DNA of 64,000 nt from a virus. The stretch spans positions 74,360-138,359 of the IMG/VR virus record IMGVR_UViG_3300005096_000103. One strand, 5' to 3'. Positions 20,657 to 30,101 of this stretch are shown one piece after another; position 1 is the first letter of the stretch; each line of letters starts with the position of its first letter. The notes beneath the pieces are model-generated. The model worked only from the letters and a program-made list of their open reading frames with translations. It ran no database searches and was not told where the DNA came from. Position numbers and translations under genes: made by a program.

Positions 20657-22891
20657 ATGTACTGTTTCTCATGTAAGAGAGCCGTCCCTGTTGACGTATC
20701 AAATCCTGGACGGAAATGCCCATGCTCAGGGGCTTTGTACCTGACACCTCAAGACCTCCTTAGTTCTATGTACACTAAAATAGTTCCTCAGGTTAGAGAA
20801 CCACAGGTTCAGATGGCCTCTATCATCGACGAGGCTATACGCGACAGTGTATTATCCCCTAAGTCAAGTGTCATAGCTATAGAAGCACCGACTGGTACAG
20901 GGAAAACGTTAGCTTACCTAGCTGCAGCTCTTGAGAAGCCAGACGCTTACGTCGTGATCTCTGTATCGACGAAGAACCTACAAGACCAAGTAAGCAATGA
21001 CATTGGTAGACTCTGCGCAGATATCTTAAGGCTCACAGGTAGCGTGCCTACCAATCTTAGTAAGACCTATGCGCTGCGAGGGGCAAGCAACTATTTCTGC
21101 CGTTCTAAGTGCGCAACCTTAGTGGCGTCGGGTGGTCTTACTGAGGCAGATGCGACTAACCTAGAGTCTATCAACGACTCGGTATATAGTGACTGCTCCT
21201 TATCATTAGCAGAGATAACCACAGCTAATCCACACCTCACTAAGTATCTCCGTAAGTGTGGCGTATACGGTAACAAGACCTGCACTAAGTGTGAGTTCAG
21301 GGATGAGTGCAACTTCATCGATCATAAGATCAAGATGTGTCAGCAGGGCAGCCGGATAGTGGTTGTAAACCACGCTATGGTAGCTGCTCAGATTAAGCTG
21401 AAGTCCAAAGCGCGTATAGACATTGAGCAACGTGTACCTGTTACGCCTGTAGAAATAAGCTCAATGGCTTTTAAGACGATCCTCAGCCGGTCTACAACTA
21501 TTATATTCGACGAAGCTCATCAGTTTGTTGACTACTTAGAGAGCGCCTTCACTGATGATGTGTCGCTACCCACAGTACTTCGTAACTGTGGGTTGATTAT
21601 AAGTAAAGTCCTACCAGGTCTGGCAGCGAGGTCAGGGTCTGGGATGCTAGCAGACAACACGACTAAGTACATCAGTCGTCTAACATCTGCTGTGCTAGAA
21701 CTAGACATCGCATTCAAAAACCTCCTTAAGGATAGTAGAGGCGGTACCCATGTCATAACCTCTGGAGACTTTTCAGCGTTGTCGCAGGCTGCACTCGAAG
21801 CGCTGAGATTCCCAGAGACGCAGCCTATAGGCACTCACCTAGGCCCTTTGATTGATCTTAGGACCTACGAGTCACTAATCGAGGATGTAAAAAGTTTAAG
21901 AGCAATGTTTGACTGTGGTTTAAACTTCAGCTGTATAAACCTAACTCCAAAAGGTGAAGTTACTCTAACCATTAAATATCATATCCCTAAAGCCGCGATA
22001 CAAAATATAGTAGCATTGAAGACTGTAGTCCTAACTAGCGGGACACTCGTTAAGGAGAGGAATGACGAGCTACATTGTAACCACATCCTAGGCCCTATGG
22101 GATTACAAAATGGAGCGTTTATACATCGGGTCAACACTGTATTTAACTACGACAAGCAATGTGTGTTCTATATTCCTAGACGTAATGTTATAGACCCTTC
22201 AAACTATAGAAAGGGTGGTAGTGCGCAAGAAAAGTATCTTGACGAGTTCATCAAGCATGCTGCCGAGCTTATACGTATCACAGACGGCGGGACTGTCATA
22301 CTATTCAGTGCACGTAGGGAGATGGATTCCGTCTACGATAGACTACGTGACCACGAGTCATGTACCAGTCGCGAGATACTTATTCAATCACTGAGAGTAA
22401 ACACCGGAGACCTAACAAAAGACTTCGAAGAGCAAAGCATTGATGCTTACTTAGCAGAAGATCCTGGCCCTATTCTCCTAGGTCTTAATTCTTTCTGGGA
22501 AGGATTCTCCGTAGAGGGTCCAGCTCTCCGTAGCGTCATCGTAGCTAAACTACGATTTCCTCGCCCTCAAGACCCACAACTATTGTATCTAAAAGATCGT
22601 GGTGTTTCTGACACGTTTAATCAGTATTCAATCCCCTTTGCAACGCAACATCTCCGACAAGCTGAGGGGAGGCTCCTCCGTACACAACACGACTACGGTA
22701 TTGTATCGCTGTTTGATACCCGGGTATCAACTAAAGCATATGGTCGTAGGATACTAAAGCATATGAGTACCTGCACCGAGTCTACGAAAACACATAACCT
22801 TAAAGAAGTTGCAACACGGTATAACGAACTTAACGCCAAACACTCAGAGTACTGGGATGAAGAATATGTCAAACGACGAGAAAGTGAATAA
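20657..22891 (+). CDS. dinG: DinG/XPD-family SF2 helicase
   Basis: Walker A APTGTGKT, FDEAH, LTSGTL, QAEGRLLRT; Fe-S-type cysteines (NYFC...KC...C..C...C); N-terminal CxxC...CxC. Confidence 0.92.
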   Translation: MYCFSCKRAVPVDVSNPGRKCPCSGALYLTPQDLLSSMYTKIVPQVREPQVQMASIIDEAIRDSVLSPKSSVIAIEAPTGTGKTLAYLAAALEKPDAYVVISVSTKNLQDQVSNDIGRLCADILRLTGSVPTNLSKTYALRGASNYFCRSKCATLVASGGLTEADATNLESINDSVYSDCSLSLAEITTANPHLTKYLRKCGVYGNKTCTKCEFRDECNFIDHKIKMCQQGSRIVVVNHAMVAAQIKLKSKARIDIEQRVPVTPVEISSMAFKTILSRSTTIIFDEAHQFVDYLESAFTDDVSLPTVLRNCGLIISKVLPGLAARSGSGMLADNTTKYISRLTSAVLELDIAFKNLLKDSRGGTHVITSGDFSALSQAALEALRFPETQPIGTHLGPLIDLRTYESLIEDVKSLRAMFDCGLNFSCINLTPKGEVTLTIKYHIPKAAIQNIVALKTVVLTSGTLVKERNDELHCNHILGPMGLQNGAFIHRVNTVFNYDKQCVFYIPRRNVIDPSNYRKGGSAQEKYLDEFIKHAAELIRITDGGTVILFSARREMDSVYDRLRDHESCTSREILIQSLRVNTGDLTKDFEEQSIDAYLAEDPGPILLGLNSFWEGFSVEGPALRSVIVAKLRFPRPQDPQLLYLKDRGVSDTFNQYSIPFATQHLRQAEGRLLRTQHDYGIVSLFDTRVSTKAYGRRILKHMSTCTESTKTHNLKEVATRYNELNAKHSEYWDEEYVKRRESE

Positions 22892-23117
22892 AGGTAAAAA
22901 ATCTGGATTCCTTCTGCTAGACAAGATTACAGTTTACCTTAACTATAGCCCTTACGCTGACTCAGGTGTCTACTGGGCACCCGTAGGCGCTATCTCTATT
23001 GATGAGGGCATATACTGGGATACTTCTACGAAGCTGTACGTCCAAACTAAAACAGAAAAGACATGGTACCTTAACGATGACTTACTCCCAATCCTTAATG
23101 CATGGACAGGTGTATAA
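22866..23117 (+). CDS. Hypothetical protein
   Basis: ORF overlapping the helicase end; ATG start 22866 preferred. Confidence 0.5.
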   Translation: MSNDEKVNKGKKSGFLLLDKITVYLNYSPYADSGVYWAPVGAISIDEGIYWDTSTKLYVQTKTEKTWYLNDDLLPILNAWTGV

Positions 23118-23165
23118 GGGATAGCTCAATAGACAGGTGTATAAGGGAAAGCTCAATAGACAGGT
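23105..23165 (+). repeat. 27-bp tandem duplication spanning a stop codon
   Basis: gacaggtgtataaggg(a/t)... x2 plus partial; includes TAA 23115-23117. Confidence 0.9.
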
Positions 23166-23170
23166 ATACG

Positions 23171-24112
23171 ATGGAAAACCCTACAGACTACGTAGCTATG
23201 CGAAACGTGAAAAAGAGTCTAGTTATAAACTCTGACTTTGAACCTGAATTATACTATTTCGTTGACACGCCAGAGATGCTATTTAAGATCCTACCGCCAA
23301 CAGGTAGAAAGAGCGGGGTAATTAAGAAAACTGCAGGGCGGCTGATGTCTATGATCCGCCTTAAGTACCCGTCACAGTCAATAAACGCTGTCAGGATCGG
23401 ACGCGTGGACCTTATGTCGTTCAGGCGCTTCTTTAGATACTACGCAAAACGCAACAAGATAGACAGTGAGAAATCTGAAGAGGAGCTAGCTATCAAGCTC
23501 AGCAAATCCTTCTCTAAGATAATATCAAGAGTACAGGCGCCTCGGGATATTCTACAAATAAACCCTCGCGAGATGCTTGACTTCTTCAGGTTACATAGAG
23601 TTGGTGGATTCTACCACCCGCCAGAGTCTATCCGCCGTCTATTGACAAGCACACAGGCTCTCTACCTGTTCAGCATTATCACAAACTACAGTATGCGGTT
23701 CATGCTGTCTAATAGGCGGGGTTCAGAGCGAAATACACTCTACATCACTGCTAGAGTAGACCCGAATGCTATCCCGTATAATCTCCCTCTAAACACTATA
23801 TTCCCTAGTAGATACCTGGTCTTATGCAAGAGTCGTATGCAGGCAGAACTCGCCCTATACACACTGCTAATCCGTGAGATAAACAAGAATAAGATCTATA
23901 ATGTCGGTGGAGCTATGTACGATAATGTTGCCAAAAACTTGAACAAATATTCTAAGGCCCTGTTCAAGGGTAACGCTATCGATCCTCCTACATGCTTTGC
24001 ACCTTGGAAACTTGAGAGCATCAACGCCCTCAACATTCCGACCTATCAAACGCATCTATTACAAAACAGGAAATCAGCCTACGACTACCGTAAAGTAGTC
24101 GTACTCAGTTAA
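23171..24112 (+). CDS. Hypothetical basic protein
   Basis: Long ORF; start placed after the repeat (MENPTD). Confidence 0.7.
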   Translation: MENPTDYVAMRNVKKSLVINSDFEPELYYFVDTPEMLFKILPPTGRKSGVIKKTAGRLMSMIRLKYPSQSINAVRIGRVDLMSFRRFFRYYAKRNKIDSEKSEEELAIKLSKSFSKIISRVQAPRDILQINPREMLDFFRLHRVGGFYHPPESIRRLLTSTQALYLFSIITNYSMRFMLSNRRGSERNTLYITARVDPNAIPYNLPLNTIFPSRYLVLCKSRMQAELALYTLLIREINKNKIYNVGGAMYDNVAKNLNKYSKALFKGNAIDPPTCFAPWKLESINALNIPTYQTHLLQNRKSAYDYRKVVVLS

Positions 24113-24133
24113 ATAAAAACTCAGGGAGCTGTA

Positions 24134-24679
24134 ATGAAATGGTCGCTAACTGAAGAAATTAACAACCCTGATCAGTCTGCTGCGGAACTAGCACAGGAAC
24201 GGGCGCCAGTAAGTTACACTCCGTTAACAGTAACGTACGACGGTCCAGCCTACGTGTGGAATCTGACTTTCAGAGCTCCAAAATACACAAAAGATCAACT
24301 TGTTGAATTCTACAGAGACCTCTGTTCTTTAGACCCTAGCCCTACTGGGTGTGTCACACTAAAGAGTTCGCTACACCGTGTTCTGGGTATCTCTGACTTT
24401 GTGTTCAATAAGACACACCGTGCTACCTACTGTACTGTGTACACAACCCCAGTAGACGAGCCGACATTCTACCCCGCGTCTATAACCTTATCTACCTGGA
24501 CTTCACCTAAATTCACAAGAGGTTTACAGATATTACACCCTCCTATATTAATAAAATCTAATAGAGGAAACTCTACTAACACATCTCCGGCTCTTGAGGT
24601 CCGTCCGGAGATCCAAGAGGTCCCTGTCTACATTGAGGGGTTCTTGAGAAATATCATTATAACTGTTGACGGGACCTGA
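24134..24679 (+). CDS. Hypothetical protein
   Basis: 181 aa, GGGAG RBS. Confidence 0.65.
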   Translation: MKWSLTEEINNPDQSAAELAQERAPVSYTPLTVTYDGPAYVWNLTFRAPKYTKDQLVEFYRDLCSLDPSPTGCVTLKSSLHRVLGISDFVFNKTHRATYCTVYTTPVDEPTFYPASITLSTWTSPKFTRGLQILHPPILIKSNRGNSTNTSPALEVRPEIQEVPVYIEGFLRNIIITVDGT

Positions 24680-24693
24680 GAGGGCTGTATAAT
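24666..24693 (+). promoter_or_regulatory. Sigma-70-like promoter TTGACG-N16-TATAAT
   Basis: Near-consensus hexamers 36 nt upstream of ATG 24730. Confidence 0.65.
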
Positions 24694-24729
24694 ATGCTAT
24701 AGAGGTTACCTACCTAGGAGGGCTAGTAC

Positions 24730-25128
24730 ATGGCAGCCGATAGAAAGACGCAGATACACCTCAAGGTATTCCAGATACCTGTACGTAGCCACAGCGAACA
24801 CGTGGCTAAAATTATAGAGGCTAATAGGTGCCTACGAGATCGTCTACCCTGCATCTCACCCACCCGACCTCTCCTACACTTGTCTACCCATAACATTGAA
24901 GACAACTATTATGAATGGGAAGGTGTCTGGACATGTAGGGGATTCAAGAGTAAACTTAAGCACCCTAGGATCGCGCGTAGAGTTGCGAGCATTATATGGG
25001 ACGTATTTCAGCAGTATGTATGGCTTGAAGTCGTTCTTATAGAGTGCTTCCCTGATAAAATGGGGACTGTGTTTAAGACTTGCTTCGAGTTCAGTGACTC
25101 AGAAGATTATGATGCATTACACGGGTAG
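24730..25128 (+). CDS. Hypothetical protein
   Basis: 132 aa, AGGAGG RBS. Confidence 0.65.
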   Translation: MAADRKTQIHLKVFQIPVRSHSEHVAKIIEANRCLRDRLPCISPTRPLLHLSTHNIEDNYYEWEGVWTCRGFKSKLKHPRIARRVASIIWDVFQQYVWLEVVLIECFPDKMGTVFKTCFEFSDSEDYDALHG

Positions 25129-25152
25129 TATTGTTGAGAGGGAGTCTTTCAT

Positions 25153-25560
25153 ATGTCAGTAGATCCTTGGTCTCTCTGCATTACGCTAAGCGCTCGGATA
25201 CCCGACGAAACTCTAAGTCTTATTGACTCTGAGCTAGACGACTTCTTCACCGACGTAGCGTGGAACACCTTCTCAGCTAGCCGAGAGTCTGAGGTTTTTT
25301 ATACCTTTGGTTCCAAAGGGGACGCCACTCGGCTTGACCTAGAAGAACTCATAAAAGTCCTAGTGTGGACCTGCACTAACCAATTTACCTACATCGAAGT
25401 CACTTCAAAGTATAAGAATGTAGACCACCGTAGGCGGATATTTACACGTCGAGATTTCACAATGTTCCAACGTCACAGGTACCAACTCCACGATCTATCT
25501 AAGCTTGGTCCGTTAGACCGAAGCATGCGGAGATGGCTGCCTGTATTTACCCTAGAATAA
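25153..25560 (+). CDS. Hypothetical protein
   Basis: 135 aa, GGGAG RBS. Confidence 0.65.
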   Translation: MSVDPWSLCITLSARIPDETLSLIDSELDDFFTDVAWNTFSASRESEVFYTFGSKGDATRLDLEELIKVLVWTCTNQFTYIEVTSKYKNVDHRRRIFTRRDFTMFQRHRYQLHDLSKLGPLDRSMRRWLPVFTLE

Positions 25561-25571
25561 AGGTATGTTAT

Positions 25572-26264
25572 ATGTATAAGTTTTCCGTCGTGCTACTTTT
25601 TAGCGCGTTAAGTTTATTAGCCGCGTTAAGTTTATTAGCCTCAGATGTTAGTGCCGAAATGCGAAAGACAAACGTACACTCTAGCGAAGGGTTAGAGGCT
25701 CTTAGCTCCAAAACCACAGTGTATAATACAGCAAATTCGTCTCCTGAGACTCTGGCGCTCATAAATGCTGTCTATGGTGCACTTAGACTCGACTCCTCTC
25801 GACTTACGAAGGCAGAGATCACACCATGGGTTACTGCTGTCGCTAAGGAGAGCCGCGCTGCAGGAGTCGACCCCCTCGACGCTGTCACAATCATCTTTCT
25901 TGAATCTAGGTGGATGCCACGAGCGCTAGGAGATGGAGGTCGAGCTTGTGGTCTAGCACAGCAACATGCTCGATTCTCATCGAAGTGGGCTGTGTCGCCC
26001 TACTCCAAGATCAAAAACTCAAAGTCCCGGATAGAAAAGGAGTGCAATCTTCTAAAAACTCCTGAGTACTCAGCTAAAATACTCGCTTACCACCTAGCCT
26101 ACTTGGCTGTCAAGGCTCGGAAGTCTGGTATCCCTCCCTCAGAGGTTATCTGGTGGTACAACGGCCGACGGCGTTATCAGGATAAGTTTGATAGATGGCG
26201 TGCAGCTATTAAAGACGCTTACATCCGCAGCCTAGCACGCGGTGCGTCTACCAACAAAACTTAG
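25572..26264 (+). CDS. Lytic transglycosylase (SLT-like) with N-terminal signal peptide
   Basis: IIFLESRW (catalytic Glu), GRACGLAQ motif, WYNG near C-terminus; hydrophobic N-terminus containing an 18-bp duplication (25604-25639). Confidence 0.75.
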   Translation: MYKFSVVLLFSALSLLAALSLLASDVSAEMRKTNVHSSEGLEALSSKTTVYNTANSSPETLALINAVYGALRLDSSRLTKAEITPWVTAVAKESRAAGVDPLDAVTIIFLESRWMPRALGDGGRACGLAQQHARFSSKWAVSPYSKIKNSKSRIEKECNLLKTPEYSAKILAYHLAYLAVKARKSGIPPSEVIWWYNGRRRYQDKFDRWRAAIKDAYIRSLARGASTNKT

Positions 26265-26290
26265 CACATCCGCGGTGTACTACACCGTGT

Positions 26291-26364
26291 GGGACTGTAA
26301 CCCAATTGGTAGAGGTAAGGGACTTAAAATCCCTCAAGTGTGGGTTCGAGTCCCACCAGTCCTA
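26291..26364 (+). tRNA. trnL: tRNA-Leu (anticodon TAA), short variable loop, no encoded CCA
   Basis: Acceptor GGGACTG/CAGTCCT+A73; anticodon stem AGGGA/TCCCT with loop CTTAAAA; T arm GTGGG-TTCGAGT-CCCAC. Confidence 0.9.
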
Positions 26365-26431
26365 TAGATACTAATCATACCTGAACTGTCCTACTCGCAC
26401 TGTCCCTATAATAAAGTAGGAGATACTTCAA

Positions 26432-26755
26432 ATGCCACCCGACATCCCAGACATCAGCCCTGGGGGGCTAGGTCCTGTCATACATCACACTGATAGTGGT
26501 ATTGCTTATATATACGAAGGCCCAGGGGGCGACTTGCTCCCATTATACGTAGGCGCTGGTAAGTTCCTGGAAACACTATACAACACTCCTAGAGGTATGT
26601 GGGTCCATCCCCCAACACAGCGAAACGGTCCTTACTTAGTAACTGTACGACTCGCTCGCGTTAGAGTATGTTCCAGCACATTTGAACTTGTCTACCAGGC
26701 TACAAAGCGTGGTCGCGCATACGTAAGATACACCTGGCGGAATGCTAGCCGCTAG
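26432..26755 (+). CDS. Hypothetical protein
   Basis: 107 aa, AGGAG RBS; TATAAT at 26407-26412. Confidence 0.6.
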   Translation: MPPDIPDISPGGLGPVIHHTDSGIAYIYEGPGGDLLPLYVGAGKFLETLYNTPRGMWVHPPTQRNGPYLVTVRLARVRVCSSTFELVYQATKRGRAYVRYTWRNASR

Positions 26756-26767
26756 CGAGAGAGACAT

Positions 26768-27121
26768 ATGGCTACAAGAGAGTATGCACATCTCCTCCGT
26801 GGAGAATATTTCGTTGACCGTTGTTCCGTGAAGAAAGGGAGAGCACACGGCTACAAAAACCAGCCTTACTCACCTAGCCTATCTATCAAACGTATTTCCG
26901 ACGGAGTAACGATTGCTCGCATAACACAGGTCAATACAGTAGACTACACAGCTGAGTACGTAGTATGCGTACTAGACGATAAGACGCGCATTAAACACAT
27001 CGAAAGATTCAGAAAACCCCAGGACGCTGTATCCTGCGCTATGAACAACATTGACAAAGACTATGACCCTGATGGCGTCGCAATCTTAATCCCTACCTTA
27101 GACGAGGAAACTTATGAGTAA
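26768..27121 (+). CDS. Hypothetical protein
   Basis: 117-aa ORF in a tightly packed operon. Confidence 0.6.
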   Translation: MATREYAHLLRGEYFVDRCSVKKGRAHGYKNQPYSPSLSIKRISDGVTIARITQVNTVDYTAEYVVCVLDDKTRIKHIERFRKPQDAVSCAMNNIDKDYDPDGVAILIPTLDEETYE

Positions 27122-27350
27122 CACTTTACTAGAAGAGAGTAACACTTTACTAGAAGAGAGTAACACTTTACTAGAGAGTAACACTTTACTAGAGAGTAAC
27201 ACTATGCTTCGAAATCTTAAAGTAGCAGACATCGAAAGCTGGACTGCATCTTCCCTACGTAAAGCACTGGCAGGTGGTAGGCTGTCTAGCTGTGTAAAAA
27301 CCTTTATCAAGTTTAGACTGCTCAAGATCTATGGAGGTGACCTAGCATGA
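27114..27350 (+). CDS. Hypothetical protein with N-terminal SNTLLE(E) repeats (start may be 27204)
   Basis: GAGGA RBS; the repeats occupy the first ~30 codons. Confidence 0.5.
   Translation: MSNTLLEESNTLLEESNTLLESNTLLESNTMLRNLKVADIESWTASSLRKALAGGRLSSCVKTFIKFRLLKIYGGDLA
27116..27204 (+). repeat. 21/18-bp tandem repeat x4 plus partial, spanning a stop codon
   Basis: gagtaacactttactaga(aga). Confidence 0.95.
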
Positions 27351-27775
27351 CATTCTCAGAGTTCCAAAAGGACTGCCTGCGTACAGCAAATCCTGCGTTG
27401 AGTAATGACGATAAGATACTCAATGCTGCTCTAGGCATCGGCGGGGAGTCCGGGGAGATACTGGACCTGGTAAAGAAGTTCAGGTACCAAGGCCACAGGC
27501 TCAACATAGTCAAAGTCATTGAAGAGGTAGGGGATACGCTCTACTACCTCGCGAGCCTTTGCGACGCTCTAGGTATGCAACTTGGGATGTGTGCTAACTA
27601 TAATACTTCAAAGCTCAAGATTCGCTACCCTGATGGCTTTACTGTAAAAGATAGTGTTGAGCGGCGGGATAAGGATCTTGCCTCCACTGAGATATCTGCC
27701 TCGTCATCTAAGATATCTGCCGAATCTAAGGTAGCTACCTCGCCTAAAAAAGGTTTACCCTGGGAGAATCGCTAG
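27347..27775 (+). CDS. mazG: MazG-like nucleoside triphosphate pyrophosphohydrolase
   Basis: ALGIGGESGEILDLVKK...EEVGDTLYYLA...N..KLK.RYPDGF pattern. Confidence 0.88.
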   Translation: MTFSEFQKDCLRTANPALSNDDKILNAALGIGGESGEILDLVKKFRYQGHRLNIVKVIEEVGDTLYYLASLCDALGMQLGMCANYNTSKLKIRYPDGFTVKDSVERRDKDLASTEISASSSKISAESKVATSPKKGLPWENR

Positions 27776-27807
27776 AGTCTACTTCGCTGTTCACTCTAGC
27801 GATTCTC
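27764..27807 (+). terminator. Perfect 15-bp stem-loop at end of MazG gene
   Basis: gagaatcgctagagt-N14-actctagcgattctc. Confidence 0.55.
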
Positions 27808-27849
27808 TCTGTTTCGATAGCATAGCACGAGCTATCAGACACAAACACT

Positions 27850-27908
27850 GGTACCCGTACAACCATTAACTGGTATTTACCGTGGAGTGTACGGGTACCC
27901 TCTTTTTA
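27850..27908 (+). terminator. 12-bp stem hairpin followed by T-run
   Basis: ggtacccgtaca...tgtacgggtacc then ctcttttt. Confidence 0.5.
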
Positions 27909-27946
27909 ATTAAGACCTCAGACGACTCTAAACATCTATACTAAAC

Positions 27947-27955
27947 TGGTATAAG
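27947..27955 (+). promoter_or_regulatory. Putative phage promoter motif TGGTATAAG (copy 2)
   Basis: ctaaacTGGTATAAGa, intergenic. Confidence 0.6.
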
Positions 27956-28059
27956 AGTGTAAGAGTATTTCTAGACGAGGGTTGGATTGTTGTGTCAGGT
28001 AATTAGACCTGGCACTCAAGCAGTCTTGACTCTCTTTTAGCAACTAGGAGCTTATCGTC

Positions 28060-28557
28060 ATGGAACTCATTATTATGCGTGGGCTATCTGGGTCAGGTAA
28101 AAGTACCTTGGCTCACCAACTCGCAGGAGACGACGGCGTTGTCGTCTCGGCAGACGACTTCTTCACTGACAGTGAGGGAGTCTATAACTTTTCACCTTGG
28201 CAACGAGGGGAGGCGCATTCACATTGTATGCGCAAATTTATAGAGACCGTTGACGCGGGCGCAACAGCTAGAGTCATCCTGGATAACACAAACTCCCGTC
28301 TGTGGGAGTACATCAATTACGCAAACGTGTTTACGCTGGCGTACACACCTGGCGTAGTGACCATACACGAGATCAAGTGCTCAGACGCAGATCAAGCTGC
28401 GGATTTTAATAAGCGCAACACTCACGGAGTCCCACTCGACGTTTCCCTTCGGATGCTTGAGCGGTGGGAGGAATACAACAGCCCTAAAGACCTGTTCACG
28501 TCTCGTAACCCTGGATGGAGCGTCAAGCATATATTACATAATGCGGGGGGTCTATGA
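28060..28557 (+). CDS. P-loop kinase (AAA_33/polynucleotide-kinase-like)
   Basis: IIMRGLSGSGKST, SADDFF, VILDNTN, RNTHGVP motifs. Confidence 0.85.
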   Translation: MELIIMRGLSGSGKSTLAHQLAGDDGVVVSADDFFTDSEGVYNFSPWQRGEAHSHCMRKFIETVDAGATARVILDNTNSRLWEYINYANVFTLAYTPGVVTIHEIKCSDADQAADFNKRNTHGVPLDVSLRMLERWEEYNSPKDLFTSRNPGWSVKHILHNAGGL

Positions 28558-29210
28558 GTATTAAGAAGACCGCGGAGGCTAGATCCACGTCAGAGGGATT
28601 ACTAAACACTCCTTTTGACTCTATGCGGGTATCACGACGTCCCAGTGAGTGGCGGGCACTAAACTACATAATTGAGAAGTCACTACCCTCAGATCCGCTT
28701 AGGTTCCCTGTACTGTTGACCGCGATACTAGGAGACAAGTGGTCACTAGACTCGTGGGCGTCTCTAGATCAGCTCGACCTCACTGGAGGTGTCGCATCAA
28801 ACGGGTTTTGGGAACAGGATGGTGACGACTTCACCTACTCAACAGGGCGATTCGCTATCCGTGTTCCCTCAGAAGGTGCTGTAACCGTTGCACTATGGAG
28901 GTACGTAGGCCTCGTACCTCTTGGAGGGAGTAAACCCTCTACAAGCAATTTTAAGAGTATGTGTTACTTCACAATGGGTGTATCCACGGAGGGCGATGTA
29001 GCTAGTCTTAAGGGCTGTGTTGAACTCTGGACTCCCGACTTCTTAAGTCACATAACCTCCTATTTGCTACCTGCCTGGGTTGCGAGCGGTGGGGATCCTA
29101 AGCTAATCGTATCTCCTATGCGATGTCAAACAGGTCGTGCACTAGATGAGATTGATGAATTCCTCAGCGAATTCGTTGATGATGACCTACTTCCTTGGTA
29201 CTGGGTCTAG
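28554..29210 (+). CDS. Hypothetical protein, paralog family A
   Basis: SLPSDPLRFPVLLTAILGDKWSLDSW and LWTxxxLSH..YLLPA motifs shared with 29260, 33789, 40806. Confidence 0.75.
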   Translation: MSIKKTAEARSTSEGLLNTPFDSMRVSRRPSEWRALNYIIEKSLPSDPLRFPVLLTAILGDKWSLDSWASLDQLDLTGGVASNGFWEQDGDDFTYSTGRFAIRVPSEGAVTVALWRYVGLVPLGGSKPSTSNFKSMCYFTMGVSTEGDVASLKGCVELWTPDFLSHITSYLLPAWVASGGDPKLIVSPMRCQTGRALDEIDEFLSEFVDDDLLPWYWV

Positions 29211-29242
29211 AAACTACACAACGATACTGGGTCTAGAAACTA
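29199..29242 (+). repeat. 18-bp direct repeat (26-bp period) spanning a stop codon
   Basis: tactgggtctagaaacta x2. Confidence 0.85.
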
Positions 29243-29259
29243 AATACAGGAGGTCTAGT

Positions 29260-30087
29260 ATGACAGACATGCCATCACTTAAACACCTCGAATCCTTACA
29301 AGACGCCTACTACGAGGCTAGTAAGGTCTGTGAGCTAGTTGAAAATAATTGGAACGAGGGGCTAGTCCCTCATGCCGACGTCCAACTAGAGATGGACGTC
29401 GTAGATGCCGCTCGGCAGCGTCTATACGAAGCTAGGGATGCACGTCTCTGCTCTGGTGAGGCGATATCACTCGCGGAGATTCGAGGTATGCCGACTATAC
29501 TCATCCCTCGTAAGTCCCGCCCAGGTTCATGGTCTCAGATAGGCAAGACAATTGACGCGTCACTCGATAAACTCGGGTATAAAACAAAAGGAATTGGAAG
29601 GTTCCCTGTAACACTGTCCTGGCTCCTATGGGACGAGTGGTCTCACTACAGCTGGTTAACCTACCAGGACTGGCTGGGAGATGGTACTCCGTTAGCGCTA
29701 CTAGGAGGTAGCGAATGGTACCTATCTCAAGATGAGGAGGAACCTACGTGTAAGTACACAAAAGGGAACTTGACTATCCTGGTCAATGACTCTAAAGGGA
29801 CCCGCGTATCGCTAACAGCCCAAGTTGACGGAGGGGATCCCGTGGACTACTTTACAATATACTCAAGCCTAGAAGGTGGTTATCACGTCAGAATAGACAC
29901 TGATCTAATTACTGACAGGAGACTTCATCACGTTTATGACTACATACTTCCTGCGCTGTGTTTGTCTGGTGGGGACCCTACCGACGTACTCACATCCCTC
30001 GACCCTGAGAACTTGAAACGTCGTTCAGGTGGGAAATTGCCGGACATGCCTTTTCTCCGCAAAGGTCTTGAGTTCTTTGAGACTTAG
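29260..30087 (+). CDS. Hypothetical protein, paralog family A
   Basis: FPVTLSWLLWDEWS and HVYDYILPA.CLSGGDP motifs; AGGAGG RBS supports start 29260. Confidence 0.75.
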   Translation: MTDMPSLKHLESLQDAYYEASKVCELVENNWNEGLVPHADVQLEMDVVDAARQRLYEARDARLCSGEAISLAEIRGMPTILIPRKSRPGSWSQIGKTIDASLDKLGYKTKGIGRFPVTLSWLLWDEWSHYSWLTYQDWLGDGTPLALLGGSEWYLSQDEEEPTCKYTKGNLTILVNDSKGTRVSLTAQVDGGDPVDYFTIYSSLEGGYHVRIDTDLITDRRLHHVYDYILPALCLSGGDPTDVLTSLDPENLKRRSGGKLPDMPFLRKGLEFFET

Positions 30088-30101
30088 GCCACTCAATGCA
30101 C

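Noticed and set aside
26291-26364. tRNA as prophage attachment site
   Set aside because: No integrase and no second copy of the tRNA 3' end in the window.
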